From Octopus sinensis (Eukaryota), in contig NC_043018.1 in assembly GCF_006345805.1 (NCBI RefSeq), positions 5,580,001 to 5,644,000 of the forward strand: DNA of 64,000 nucleotides, written 5' to 3'. A program made the position numbers and the translations under genes. Below are positions 26,478 through 40,439 of the stretch, one piece after another. The notes below the pieces were generated by a model that was not told where the DNA came from, made no database searches, and worked only from the letters and a program-made list of their open reading frames with translations. The stretch's first letter is position 1. Each line of letters opens with the position of its first letter.

Positions 26478-27170
26478 CACGATTGCAATATCTTGAGTTT
26501 TAGAAATAAAAATAAAATATATAAAATGTTAAAACATTATAAAAAGACAATAAAGATGGCAAGAAACATTTTAACTCTTTAGCATTGAGATTACTCTGTC
26601 AAATGTAATGATTATTTATTCACATTGTTTTGAATTAGTTGTGCATTATCTTGTGGCTTTGAGATTTCGATGATATGTGAATGTGATACTGATGAGAGAG
26701 CAATAACTTTTGAAATATATATGTTAGGTGCAAGCATAGCTGTGTGGTAGGAAGTTTGCTTCCCAAGCGCATGGCTTCGGCTCAGTCCCATCGCATGTCA
26801 CCTCAGGCAAGTGTCCTCCTCTGTAGCTCTGTAGCCACAGGCTGACCAAAGCCTTGTGAGTGGATTTGGTTTTCGGAAACTGAAAGAAGCCCGTCGTATG
26901 TGTGAGAGTGCACGCGCGCGTTTGTTTGCGTGTGTATGTTTCTGTGTGCGTGTGTGTCTTTGTGTCTGTGTTTGCTGCCGACTTGACAACCGGAGTTGGT
27001 TTGTTTACGTCCCCAAAACTTAACGGTTCGGCAAAAGAGACTGATAGAATAAGTAACAGGCTTAAAAAAGTAAGTATTGGGTTAAAAAAAAGTTCTTCAA
27101 GGCGGTGCCCCAGCATGGCCGTATTCTAATGACTGATACAAGTAAAAGATAAAAGATTAAAGACTCATGA

Positions 27171-27202
<32 letters not shown>

Positions 27203-27710
27203 CTGTAGCACACACACACACACACACACATGTAATACATGAAGTGGACGCCAAATTAAGCAGTGACTTTATCAGATATATTGCATCATTCAAGGAATCG
27301 TTATCTTGGTGATTCCTTTACCATTATGGGCTAAACCTGACAAAGCATTGTACAAATTTTCTAAGATTTTCACAAATCTGTATACAGCTATTAAGTTCAC
27401 AAGAGAGGCAAATACGCACGGATTAGCATTTCTGGATATCTTAATAATTACAAAACCATTGAAATGTGTTGGAGGTGGGGACACAAATACAGATACACAA
27501 ACATACACACATACACACATATATATTCATACGACGGGCTTCTTTCAGTTTCCGTTTACCAAATCCACTCACAAGGCTTCGGTCGGCCCGAGGCTATAGA
27601 AGACACTTGCCCAAGGTGCCACGGACTGAACCCAGAACCATGTGTTGGTAAGCAAGCTACTTACCACACAGCCACTTCTACGCCTATACATATATATTAT
27701 ATATATATAA

Positions 27711-27760
<50 letters not shown>

Positions 27761-27957
27761 ATTCACAAAAAAAAAGAAAACAAAAGACGAAGACAAGTGG
27801 TGTAGACAACAGGCATATGCATTAGTATAACGCTCGGGAGGTGAAAAAGTCTTTAACGTTTCGAGCCTACGCTCTTCCACAGAAAGGAACATATATTTAT
27901 ATACGTATGTGTGTGTGTGTATACAGTTGACGTCATAAGAATTTTAAAACTTCAAGG

Positions 27958-28190
27958 TGACGAGCTGGCAGAAACGTTAGCACGCCGGGCAAAATGCGTA
28001 GCCGTACTTCGTCTACCGTTACGTTCAGAGTTCAAATTCCGCCGAGGTCTACTTTGCCTTTCATCCTTTCGGGGTCGATAAATTAAGTACCAGTTACGCA
28101 CTGGGGTCGATGTAATCGACTTAATCCGTTTGTCTGTCCTTGTTTGTTCTCTCTGTGTTTAGCTCCTTGTGGGTGGTAAAGAAATAAGTA
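27958..28190 (+). mobile_element. tRNA-headed SINE family B
   Basis: GAGCTGGCAGAAACGTTAGC...GAGTTCAAATTCCGCCGAGGTC...CCTTTCGGGGTCGATAAA. Other copies: ~1840-2000(-), 2040-2235(-), 11455-11670(-), 20985-21160(-), 21265-21670(-, tandem), 41575-41845, 50400-50615(+), 51290-51515(+), 51890-52020(-), 54425-54620(-), 60960-61140(-), 62095-62290(-). Confidence 0.85.
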
Positions 28191-28873
28191 TTTGGATTCT
28201 TTACACTCTGAGTTCAAATTCCGCCGACCCTTTCAGGGTCGATAAATTAAGTAACAGTTGCATACTGGGGGGCCTTCTAATCGACTAGCCACCACCCCTA
28301 CAATTTCAGGCCTTGTGCCCAGAGTAGAAATGAATTAAAAAAACTTCAAGTGAACATGAGATAATTCTGTTTTGGAACGTTGGATCCTGAAGCAGATAAA
28401 CTATAAACTTCGGTTTTAGATTTTGTCACAAGGCCAGCAATTTCGGAGGAGGCGAATAAGTCGGTTACATCGACCTCATTGCTTAACTATTACTTATTTT
28501 ATCGACCCCCGAATAGAGCAAACTAATTCTTCGAACTTCTCTATCCGTCTTAGAAACCGTTTTCTTATCAGCTACAGCTGCATGTTGCTGATGCTATAAG
28601 AATTTTATAAACCTCAAAATATCAGGAAATAATTCTTATTTGGAACGTTGGATCTTGAAGCAGGTAAGCAATAGATAGTAGCATGTAATAGAGAAATTCG
28701 AAGGATTGCTTTGCTGCGATGGTAGAATGCTTCTCATACTTACAAAAGATATGGGTTGAAGTTTGATGAGCAACTTTCGACTTTTGATGTTTACACGCTT
28801 TTATCTATAGCTTATCTACTTTGAGATCAACGTTCCAAACAAGAAAAAAAGGAAAAAAAATGTATGTGTATGT

Positions 28874-29278
28874 AGGCGTAGAAGTGGATGTGTGGTAAGT
28901 AGCTTGCTTACAAACCACATGGTTTCGGGTTCAGTCCCACTGCGTGGCACCTTGGGCAAGTGTCTTCTACTATAGCCTCGGGCCGACCAAAGCCTTGTGA
29001 GTGGATTTGGTAGACGGAAACTGAAAGAAGCTCGTCGTATATATGCATATATATATATATGTGCGTGTTTGTGTGTCTGTGTTTGTCCCCCCAACATCGC
29101 TAGACAACCGATGCTGGTGTGTTTACGTCCCCGTAACTTAGCGGTTCGGCAAAAGAGACCGATAGAATAAGTACTAGGCTTGCAAAGAATAAGTCCTGGG
29201 GTCGATTTGCTCGACAAAAGGCGGTGCTCCAGCATGGCCACAATCAAATGACTGAAACAAGTAAAAGAGTAAAAGAGG
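28874..29278 (+). mobile_element. SINE family A, full-length copy
   Basis: Near-consensus copy of the 1395-1790 family. Confidence 0.85.
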
Positions 29279-29540
29279 GTATATACGTACACACACATAT
29301 ATAATATAATATAATATAATATACTATTATATCATATTAGAGGAAAAATCAAAACTAATATATATATATATATATATGCTATAACGGAACTCTAACACGG
29401 ATCTCCGGATCCGGCTTTAGCTGTGATCATGGAACCTAACGGCCGACCAACTATAGCACTTACCCAGTTTAGATCACAAGTGAGCTCATATGCACACACA
29501 CACACACACTCTCTCTCTCTCTCTCTCTCTCTCAATGTAT

Positions 29541-30840
29541 ATGATTGATTGATTGATTGATTGATTCCAGTTTCAGCTTATGAGCTGTGGCCATGCTGGG
29601 CACCGCCATTTGGTGTTGCTACTTGGTTTCACTTCATGGAGGCTTTCTAGCAACTGCTATTTGGTGCATGAGAGAGTTCGATGCAGCTGCCCTCATCTGC
29701 CCCTCCTGTCGTGAAGTTGGTTCATCTGGGACACCTGACAGGAAGAGATCCAGCTCCATTTTAAGACATCTGTATCCACCCCATGCAGGTCTCTCAGGTT
29801 CATCGGGAGGATATTGAAGAGCTGTGGGCCTCGGAAGCCAGGCTATCACAGAATCTTGTCCTACATCTTGATGGCAAGTTTGGAGTCCTAGGCACCACGC
29901 AGTGGCGCCCAGTTCTGGCGTTTGCGTAACTCTCGATGCCAAAGTTCAGGACACTTCCCTCCAGGATCTTCCAGATGTATATTATGGCATATCTTTCCCG
30001 CCTACGCTCCAGGGAATATAATTTTAATCTCTTGAGTCTTTCCCAGTAGCTTACATTCTGCATAGAGGCTATCTTCTTCGTGTAGCTTCGTTGGATCGCC
30101 TCAAGTTCTGTGATCAACTTGACACTGGATGGTGACCATAGCTGAGAGCATAGTCAAAGTGACTTAGGACAAGTGTCTTCCAGAGGACCATCATGGTTTC
30201 TTGTTCTCTGTTCTAAAGGTTCTAAGAATCCATCCAGCCAGCCGTCTGCATTTCATTGTCAGTTTAGCAACATGTACATGAAAGGTCGCGTCATCACTCA
30301 TGTGAATACCAGGTCACGCACTGATTGTGCTCTGGATTGCATCCCTCCGGGTCCAGTGTATTCCTTGGGTATGCATTCAGTTTTGCATGCTGATAGTATA
30401 AAGCTTGAAACTTTTCAGCATTGAACTGCATGCTATTCTTTTCAGCCCACTTGTATATTTCGTCCAGCTCATATTGCAGGTGCCTAGTGTCTTCAGGGTT
30501 CTGTATTGCCTGTGAAACTTTTGTATCATCTGCATAACTTGTGATCGTGGCTCTCCGCGTGGCTGAGGGCATGTCTGAGAGGGCCATTATGAACAGTAGT
30601 GGTCCCAAAACAGTGCCCTGTGGAACACCGCTCACTATTTGCGTGCTAATGGCTACTACCACCTGACTTCTATTCTTCAGAAAGTCGTGAAGCCATTCTC
30701 CTAGTTTTCCAACTATGCCAAGATCACGCAGTTTGTGACATATCATTCCATGATCGACTTTATCGAAGGCCTTTGCGAAGTCGAGATATATGACTTCCAC
30801 ATTTGAGTGGTTGAGCAGTTGTTTCAGCACCCAGTCATAT
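29541..30840 (-). mobile_element. 5'-truncated CR1/L2-group LINE (reverse transcriptase, frameshifted)
   Basis: DFAKAFDKVDHG, SGVPQGTVLGPLLF, YADDTK and LYSLERRRERY motifs, with an (AATC)n tail. Confidence 0.9.
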
Positions 30841-30995
30841 ATATATTTGTTGAAATGGAAAGATGAATTATCTTGTTACGGATTATTCAAAAGTTTAACC
30901 GATACCTGGGTAGCAAAAATCACAGCAGAAAAAACCGGTTGGAGATAAGACCATGGTGTTGCAACCGTGCGTTGGTGCGGATAATTGAAGTTTAA

Positions 30996-31298
30996 TATAA
31001 TTAGTGAATGGAAAAAATGGAGTTGAACGAAGATTGTACAGAATTCCTTTTATTACATTCTACACATGTTTCAAAGGCCACAATTTTCCAAATTCTGATT
31101 AAATAAGGATACCATATTGCAGCTTTGTTTTGTTCTGACAACGTAATTCCTGGTTTTTCCTGAAGAGAAAGCTGCAATATGGTATCCTTATTTAATCAGA
31201 ATTTGGAAAATTGTGGCCTTTGAAACATATGTAGAATGTAATAAAAGGAATTCTGTACAATCTTCGTTCAACTCCATTTCTTCCATTCACTAATTATA
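30996..31298. repeat. Fold-back element (~131-bp arms) with a hammerhead-like motif
   Basis: Arms 30996-31126 and 31168-31298; CTGAAGA at 31160 and GAAACATATGTA at 31222. Confidence 0.7.
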
Positions 31299-31300
31299 TA

Positions 31301-31345
<45 letters not shown>

Positions 31346-31628
31346 AACAATAATTAAGGGTTTAGCAACAAGTTGCTTAACCACATTTTTTGCCTATGTG
31401 AGGTACAGAGAGGGTTGTCTGTGGAGTTAGATTTTGTAGTGAAAAAAATAACGGTCTTTTGACTGCTGTTTCTAAATTTTTCGGAATGTGGTTAAACAAC
31501 TCGTTGCTAAACCTTAATTATTGTTATAATTATATATGAAACTTCTTGTATAAGTTTTTACCGAATATGGTTCTTTTCCATATTGAAACTATTTTTGGAA
31601 ATTTGTTAATTATAAATTAATAATTGTT

Positions 31629-31681
<53 letters not shown>

Positions 31682-32323
31682 TGATATATAAACAACACTT
31701 TACTGTCCCTGGTAAACAAATCGCATTCATTCATAGACTGCATGACCTGACCTATATTTGTGTTTCTTTTATTAAAGGCAACGTTAAAGAATTACTACAC
31801 AAAATATTCTGAACGGAAGCATGATATTTGAGAAAATTTTAAACAAACATTACGCTTTAATCTGTTGTGTCTGGGGAGAGTTATTTTCTTTTCGTGCCTT
31901 TATAATTTAACACGCTTACCGATAAGATTCCCACGTTTTTCTTATTTTTATTTTCTTAAAATTTTCGTTGCGTCTTGCAACCTTTCCAAAGACGCAACGA
32001 AAATTTTAGGAAAATAAAAATAAGAAATAAGTGAAAATTTTAACGGTGAGTGTGTTAAATTATAAGGCACAACAGAATATGTTTCAACACACGAACTCAC
32101 ATAAAGAATCTTGCAAACCAAATCCTAAAACGAAATTACGCTTTAATTTCTGTTACAATTATTTAAGGTTTAAAAAAAAGCCGGCTTCCCAACCACATGG
32201 TTCCTGGTTCAATCCCACTGCGTGGTACCTTGGCTAAGTGTGTTGTATTATAGCCTCGAGACGACCAAAGCCTTGTGAGTGGATTTAGTAGACGGAAACT
32301 GAAAGGAGCACGTAGTATATATG

Positions 32324-32359
<36 letters not shown>

Positions 32360-33145
32360 GTGTCCTACTACCGCTTGACAACCGGTGTTGGTGTATTTGT
32401 GTCCTGTAACTTGACGGTTCGGCAAAAGAGGCCGATAAACTAAGTACCAGGTTTAAAAAACTAAGTACTGGGGTTGATTAATTCGACTAAAAATTTCACG
32501 GGGGTGCCCCTGCATGACCACAGTCTATTGACTGAAACAAGTAAAGAAATAACAGATCATATCATTGCTGTTATGTTAAACTGCCGCATGTCCAAAGTCG
32601 GTTTTTTTTTTCAATATTTATTTTTGCTTGTAGTAGGCGGTCATTTTTCTTAAACTATCGTATCTCCAGCTGCTTCAGATGCCAAGATATCAAAAATTGT
32701 CAAAGTGTAGTACATTGGCTTTGCTATGGAATGGTGAAACTATTTTTTCGTTACTTCAGTCTACTGGAGTAATAAAGGTAGAATGAGGTATTTTTACCTC
32801 TTGGCTGAAACAGCTGTAAGATATTTTCCCAATTTCTATTCCTGTATGTTATATATTTTAATAATTACTGGTATCTTTATATATTTTATATGTAAAGCAT
32901 AATATGTTATATATGTATGCATATTCTTGTAATTGTCATTTTAGTAAATAAATATATAAATTGGCATAATATAATGTCTAAAAGTTGATGAACCACCTAT
33001 TGATCCCTCCATTGCTCTATAAATTAATCGTAAAATAACTCTTTTAATTTTTACTTTTCTATTATATGTAATTTTCTAGATGGTGTAATTTAATTATTCA
33101 TTTTGAATTGATAAAAGGTGGTTTTTTCTAATATGTTATATTTAT

Positions 33146-33878
33146 ATTATATTGAGGGTACTACTATTCGTAGATACCAACACGCTAAGAGGGACCAATG
33201 CGGTCAAAACTACTAAAAGTAAACAAAATTTTACCGAATGCAAAACTTCAATATAATATAATATTATATTATACCCTCAATATAATATAAATGAATATTT
33301 TCAAAGAGGAAGAATTTACGGATTTTTTCTCTTACGAGGTTTTTCACGCTGACTACTGATAATTTCTTTTAAAGATTTTATCCTCAATTTATATTTTTCA
33401 CCGGAATAGTTCAATACTGAATTTTTATTCCGACTAGACAATTTGGTACCGAAATGCATTGCGAATAAGCCCGCCATTTTCATAGATATGTAAAGATAAA
33501 CATTCGTACATGCTACGACGAATTCTACGGTTGGCTATCGAGCTTGTAATGTTATGTTTTCTCTTATATTTCTTGAGTTTGTTGCACTGATGAACATGAA
33601 ATGCATATTCTGCATAAATGCGAAATCACATGTGATATGTAACTGAATTCTTTTTTAAAATGATGTGTTTTGAAGTTTTGCATTCGGTAAAATTTTGTTT
33701 ATTTTTAGTAGTTTTGACCGCATTGGTCCCTCTTAGCGTGTTGGTATCTACGAATAGTAGTACCCTCAATATAATATAAATGAATATTTTCAAAGAGAAA
33801 GAATTTACGGATTTTTTCTCTTACGAGGTTTTTCACGCTGACTACTGATAATTTCTTTTAAAGATTTTATCCTCAATT
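33146..33878. mobile_element. Penelope pLTR/retrozyme-like insertion: 489-bp monomer plus partial direct repeat and inverted arm
   Basis: Direct repeat at 33272 and 33761 (period 489). 33146-33250 is the reverse complement of ~33672-33775. The element ends in (TA)n and contains a hammerhead motif. Confidence 0.7.
33581..33643 (+). ncRNA. Type I hammerhead-like motif (second family)
   Basis: GTTGCA CTGATGA A-CAT...ATG-C GAAA TCAC AT GTGA T A TGTAAC. Stem I is 6 bp, stem III is the palindrome ATCACATGTGAT, and there is an A.C mismatch at the base of stem II. Confidence 0.75.
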
Positions 33879-33879
33879 G

Positions 33880-33980
<101 letters not shown>

Positions 33981-35639
33981 TACATATATATATATACATA
34001 TATAATATATTGCAAATTAATATAGACAGCCGTGTGCAATGTTTTTCCAAAAAGGCAAACTATAATCGTTACTAAGTATTGCTAGAATGTAGGTGTTTTC
34101 AGATGATTATTGTCCCTGTCAGTATATATGTAAACAATTATGTGCTTTGACTACAGCATCAGAGCATTTTAGCTCTTATTTCTTGCAATGTAGGTGTTTC
34201 TAACACTCTTGTCATATTTAGTGTCAGACTAAATCTTTTCAACACTAAGCTTGCCTCTTTTCTTTCGCTAGACTAATTCCTTCTAACATAGTAACGCATG
34301 CATACCTATATCTTATGCAGACCCGTGTGATCATCTCTGCAAAAAAAAAACCCCAGAAAACCCCCAAAACATGCTATTTTCTCTCTCTCTTCATCACCTA
34401 GAGAACTATATCTTCCAGCTTGCTCACGTTATTCACCTAACCCCTCCAACTCGTCCCCTCACTACCACCTGATCAACCAAACTGCTTGTGTGGGTTGCCA
34501 CTTTTTGCAAGGATGTCTCCTTAGGCAACCCCCACCACTCAAACAAAAAAAGTGGGCAAGTCAGGTCGCTCTCGAGTGCTATTAGTCGCCCTTGTTCACT
34601 ACTGGTAACATGTAACCCAGTACAACCTGTTACATGGTCGAGTCGTCGGCGACTGCAGGTTTTACCTAAGCGACCAATATTTGATTCTCACGATCAGCTA
34701 ACCTGATTCTGCATTTCACTACTCACAGTTTTGAACTGCTAAACATTATTATTGCATTTCCTTAATTTGAATCTTAAACATTAAAGACTTCGTTCATACA
34801 TTTCTATTTTTGAATGTCCGTTACTCCGATAATTCTGCATTTTTACAGTTATACTTTTTCCATGACAGCAGATAACTTTTTATATTCCACAAAGTATTTG
34901 TAGTGGCTTCAAGCAGGCATAGCGTGGATTCGATCCTCGATTGCCAAATTTCACTTAACACTTCAACAGCGCTTTTCTCACGGTAAAACAATAGTTTTTC
35001 TGTGAATAACAGCAGTTATACATTTCCCAGATGCCTTCGCTAAGCAGAATAATGTCTTTGCCTCTCGCCAACCTCCGAAAACCTGTCTCCAACAATCTAT
35101 TACTCCTCCAGTTGACAGTTTTTTTGTACTTTTTCGTGAATGAAAATATACCTTTTGTGGCAGTTATAACAAAATTGCTTTCTTATATCAGAGTAATAAG
35201 GCGTTTCAGTAGAACATCTTTACCCCCGGGAATTACCGGGTACACCAACTAGTATATATATATATATATATTATATATATATATATGAAATTCGATGTAT
35301 TTAATTCCATATATTAGGAGTGAAGGTATCCAATCTAGAAGGAAACTCTAATATAAAACCAGGTCTTTGGTTGCTAAGGGTCTCCCTGACAGGGCTAGAC
35401 TCTCCGGCTTGTTTATAGCAGCTCGTCTAGGAGATGGAAACCTCTGGAGAAAAAACCTGAGGTGTATTGTTCTTGGTATTGTGGCACATATGTGCACCAT
35501 ATTCTTGCTATCATCACTTCCAAAAAGTGTGACTATTTCAAATCATATGTGTGGGTTTTTTGACAACTTACATTTATTCATTCAATACGGCATAGCTTCA
35601 ACTTACAAAAATCACAAAGTCTTCTGGTGAGAGAGTGAA

Positions 35640-36510
35640 AGGATATCACTGGAAGTCTCTTGCTGGATCTCTACACAGTCGGCGACCATTGGGTGATGGA
35701 TGTTCCAACACAGAACTTGTGAGTCACTGTGCTGTCCGTATTCTCCAGTGGTGACAAAGCAGGTCTATTTAGACCCAGCACTGTTTTCCTCAACAAGAGG
35801 AGGGACGAGAAAGGAAGCCTCCAACATTGCTTACTTACCTTAAACTTGGCAGCCCGCTGCAGCTGTCTGGTTATTCAGTTAAGCAGTCGAAACATGAAGA
35901 AATCTAAGAATATTAATCTTGGTTCTTGGAATGTGCGCACTCTCTAAGACAGTCACTCAGCACCAGAACGAAAAACAGCACTGGTTGCCCTTAAACTAAA
36001 GAAATACAACGTTGACGTAGCTGAACTCAGTGGAACTCGTTTTGCAGGATTATTACAGCTAGAAGAAAGTAAAGGTGGATACATATTTTTCTGGCGTGGA
36101 AGAAATGAAAACGAGCCACGCCATTCTGGTGTTGGCTTTGCCATCAAAACAGAAATAGCTAAATTCACTTTCATAAAAGGCTAGACATCTTCCACAAAGA
36201 CTGTCTAAGGACAATCTGCGGTTATTCACTAAAAGACAGTTTCTAATGCCGATCTGTTTAGCAAGTGTAAAATTAGTGGAATCCAGAGCTTCCTTATATA
36301 ATCACAATTGCGGTGCGCTGACCATGTCGTCAGAATGAGTGACGAAAGAATACCCATATTCCTCATGTACAGCCAGCTTAAGAGGGGGCACAGGGACGGT
36401 GGTCGACCATGGTTCAGATACAAGAACAAGCTGAAGAGTAACCTCTTAGAACTGAAGATAGCTCACAACACCTTTGGAATGAACAAAATGGAGATTGTTG
36501 TGTCAGGAAT
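35640..36510 (+). mobile_element. Internally deleted RTE-like LINE
   Basis: SWNVRTL...SGVGFAIK (APE) is directly followed by DHVVRMSDERIP..LMYSQL..G.R..GRP..RYK (RT C-terminus). Confidence 0.8.
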
Positions 36511-36984
36511 TTAGAAAATTAGGACTTAACCGAACACAACATTGCAGATTCAAAAAATCTATATTTATACTTTAAAGTTGGTTTTCGCACCCAATCTTGT
36601 TCTACATAATCAGTGTCGCGGCAGGAACGCATGGGTTGGGAGTTTGACCGGCAGAGGTGATCAGGTTGCACATGCTAGCCCTTTCGAACCCCCTATCATC
36701 TAACCCCTCTTGGCTGATGGGTTGGGAGCCCTTCCAGCAAGGAAAATAGAACGCCCAAAAGCGCTCTCGGTCCTCTCTGTCAGAAGAGGTTATGTTCGGA
36801 TCACAACTAAGCCTTAACCTAAGCTTAAGCTAACCTAGTGAAAGTGGGCTCAGGAGCCTCTGAAAGGGAGCGACTAATCCCTATCTAGACCTAACCGCTC
36901 CTAGGGGTACTATTGGTTAAGGTTGCATTGAAGGTTTGCACGCTGAAAACGAATATATAAACGTGTATATATATATACACAATA

Positions 36985-38023
36985 TGTCACATTCTCACCC
37001 TCCTCACAGGCACCCATCATCGACCCTATCGCATCATCAACTCCTTCACCTGCACCTCCAGCAATATTATCTATTGCTCTCTCTCTGCCATTCCCTGTAC
37101 ATCGGACAAACGGGACGCCGCTTGGCTGACCGGTTCGCGGAACACCTTCGTGACATCCGCCTTGCGAACGACTCACCGGTCTCACGCCATTTCCGCTCCA
37201 CCGGTCACTCCTTGCAACACCTGTCTGTGTTCGGTTTGTCCTTACACAGAGGCCATCCGGATTCCCGTTTGCGCCGTGAACAGGAATTAATCTTCTTGGT
37301 CTCAACTCTCCCCCCTCCTCATCTAACCTCCCCCCGACCCCTACTTCTCTTCAGTCCTTCATCCTTTCACCCCTACTCCTCTTCCCTTCTTCCCTCTTTC
37401 TCCCTCCCTCTTTCTCCCTCCCTCTTTCTTCCCTCTTCCCCTTCTCTCTCTCCCCCTCTCCCTCTTTCCTCCCTCCTCCTCTCCCCTTCCCTCCTCTCCT
37501 TCATTCTCCCCTCCTCTTCTCCTCTCCTTCCTCCTTCCCCTTCCCCCTCCTACTCTCCCCTTTCCTTCTCCCTTCTTCTCCCCTTTCTTTCTCCCCCCTC
37601 CCCCTCCCCCATCTTCTCTTCTCTCTACACTACACCATACGACTTTACACATCACATCATATATACATACACACGTCCAGACCTCTCATACGCACTAATA
37701 CTCTCTCATACACACACACACACTCTTCTCATACACACACTCTTATGTTGGAGTTAGGTCATTCAACCCTATTATCTCCCCTTATTTCGCTCTTGCGTCT
37801 CATGTTTGATCTTTGACTTCTGGCCGAAATCAGATCGCCATGTTGATTCGCTAGCTTCTGCACGCAAAAAAAATTTTTTTCTCTCCTTCTTTCTGTGTTG
37901 AAGAGCGTAGGCTCGAAACGTTAAAGACTTGTTTTATTTATATTTCCTGAGCGCTATACTAATACAATTGTTTGTTTGTTTTCCACCAGCCTTCGTCTTT
38001 TGTCTATTTTCATAAAGCTTCCC

Positions 38024-38030
<7 letters not shown>
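36985..38030 (+). mobile_element. Penelope-like element 3' remnant (GIY-YIG endonuclease fragment plus tail)
   Basis: LCHSLYIGQTGRRLADRFAEHLRDIRLANDSPVSRHF...RLRREQELIFL is a PLE-type GIY-YIG. The upstream part is frameshifted. The tail carries TGAAGAGCGTAGGCTCGAAACG and ends in (TA)n. Confidence 0.85.
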
Positions 38031-38058
<28 letters not shown>

Positions 38059-39294
38059 CTAGCAGTATCGCCCGGCGTTGCTCGGATTGTAAGGGAAATA
38101 ACTATATAAGCATTTTTAGAGAGTTATAGCCAAAAAGTAGCAAAAAAATGCATTAAAAATTGAAAAAAAATTAAGGTAAATTTTTCTTTAAATCGTTCAC
38201 ACATCGTAGATATTTTTAGAGAGTTACTTCCCTTATATAAAAGCGAAAAAATGCATTAAAATGGAAAAATATGATGGTAATTTTTTTTTAAATCGTAGAC
38301 TCATCGTAGACGCGCGCTAATACCCAGAAGGGCTCGTTTGTTATTCTGGGTAACTTTCTGTAAAATTATTAAAATTTTGTTCAAACATCGCTATAGAAAA
38401 TGGGTTATTAGCTAATTGGGTATACAACAAAATTTTACGATAGAATTTGTTATACTGGGTAAAATTATTAAAATTTTGTTCAAACATCGCTATAGAAAAT
38501 GGGTTATTAGCTAATATTCAATTGGGTATACAACAAAATTTTACGATAGAATTTGTTATTCTGGGTAACTTTCTGTAAAATTATTAAAATTTTGTTCAAA
38601 CATCGCTATAGAAAATGGGTTATTAGCTAATATTCAATTGGGTATACAACAAAATTTTACAATAGAATTTGTTATTTTGGGTAACTTTCTGATACCCATA
38701 ATAATATTTATGGCAAAATAGGCCTTAATTTCATTTAAGGTTGTGGGAAATAACAAACTATCCTTTCTTTCGGTTTGTTTACGTTTAGCGTAATGATTTC
38801 AAATAGGCTCATTCGAAAAAGTAAATAGAAATAGTCTAAGCTTTACTCTTCTGGGAAAGTCTGTGGCTTGGTCCAGTTTCTTCAGAAAACTCACCGAAAG
38901 AAAGAGTTTTTAAATTTTCACTCCATTCAGGTACCAATTCGTTTTCTTTATCGCTGTCGGATTCACTGTTTTCACTTTAATAGCTGCAAACTTGCAAAGA
39001 CAAAGGAGGAGAAGGGTGATAGCGTCAGTGAAACAATTCGCTCCCTTTGTGTGTGTGTGCGTTTGCGTGTGGTGTAAACCAGACTAAGAAAAGCATTTGA
39101 CACACACACCAGAATGTGAGTTTTCTGTAAATTTTGCTTAATTGGAGTTTAAATTTTAAAAACTGGACCTGGCATGACGCGATGCATTGTACTCTTAAAA
39201 ATGCTAGGTAAATTGTAATTGAAGAAATCCTATATTGTAGATTTGTATAACTCCCAAAGGGAGGCAGATAAAATCTGCCTTTTATAATAAGAGA
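38059..39294 (-). mobile_element. Non-autonomous Helitron with internal tandem repeats
   Basis: 3' CTAG at 38059-38062 with hairpin, a candidate A|TC 5' end at 39294, and ~100-bp internal tandem units at ~38340-38690. Confidence 0.6.
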
Positions 39295-40334
39295 TAACGA
39301 ACCATGTAATTTACACCCTGGAAATTTTATTTCTGTAAAATGTTAGGAGGGTAAAACTTCCGAGGCTTCCACCTCACTCCACCCAGTTTTTTTAGCACAT
39401 TAGGAGGACATAGGAATTCCTTCAACGAAAAAAAAATTTTTCCAATGATTCCGGGATGGGGAGTATCCCCTCGCTCTATCCCCTTTTTTCCGAACCAAAA
39501 TAAGGGATGTGCAGCATATTAGGTCAGGGTACTTGATTCCACGCAAAGTATCCGAGTTTTTTGTTTTTTCTTAGTGAAAATCATGCGGGTGTTAATTTAA
39601 AAATTCACCCTTTGTTTTTCTTTCCCGGCATTGCTAGACAGGTGACTTAACTCATATTAGCAAACTTAGGGATTTCCTCGACGTGGAAATTGGTTAAAAA
39701 TTGATTTTTACCACTATCCATGGGTGCCTCGGGGAAAATTAGCTGACAAAAACACAGCCATGATCGGGGCCAATGTCCTCCTAAAATATAGTGTCTTTCA
39801 AAAACATCCTAAATTTGAAGACTATAGTACGTGTTTAATACAAAAAAACATTTTACATTTTAATTTTTGATGAGCGCTGTCACTTACACTCTCTCTCCTT
39901 CACACACACTTTCTCTTTACATTTTTTGTTAGACGCTGTCAAACTCTCTCTCCTTCACACATACTTTCACTTTACATTTTTTTTCTTAAACGCTGTGAAA
40001 CTCTCTCTCTCCCCCCACACACATACACACACACACACATCAACACACAAATTCTCTCTCTCTCTCTCACACACACAACTTCTCTCTCTCCCTCTCACAC
40101 ACAACTTCTCTTTCTCACACACACACTTTCACTTCGCTATGGCAAGAAGGGGATTTAATTCATGTTAGCAAACTTCAAAATTGGTAAAAGTTATGACTGA
40201 AAATCGATTTTTACCGCTATCCTCGGGTACCTCGGGAAAAATAAGTTGACAGAACCCAGCTAGGATCGTGACGAATGTCCTACTAAAATTAGAGCTACAT
40301 GCATGCTAAATTGTGGACGTGCATAAATTACATT

Positions 40335-40369
<35 letters not shown>

Positions 40370-40439
40370 ACACACACACATCCTGCTTTTTATAGATATA
40401 CATATATTTACCAATATTATTCAATAAAATTGCCGTTTG

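Noticed and set aside
28330-28840. Short duplicated segment TTGGAACGTTGGATC(C/T)TGAAGCAG with GTAAGC after one copy, plus an inverted copy
   Set aside because: It could be an antisense exon donor, but there is no ORF, acceptor or other support. It was treated as a local duplication.
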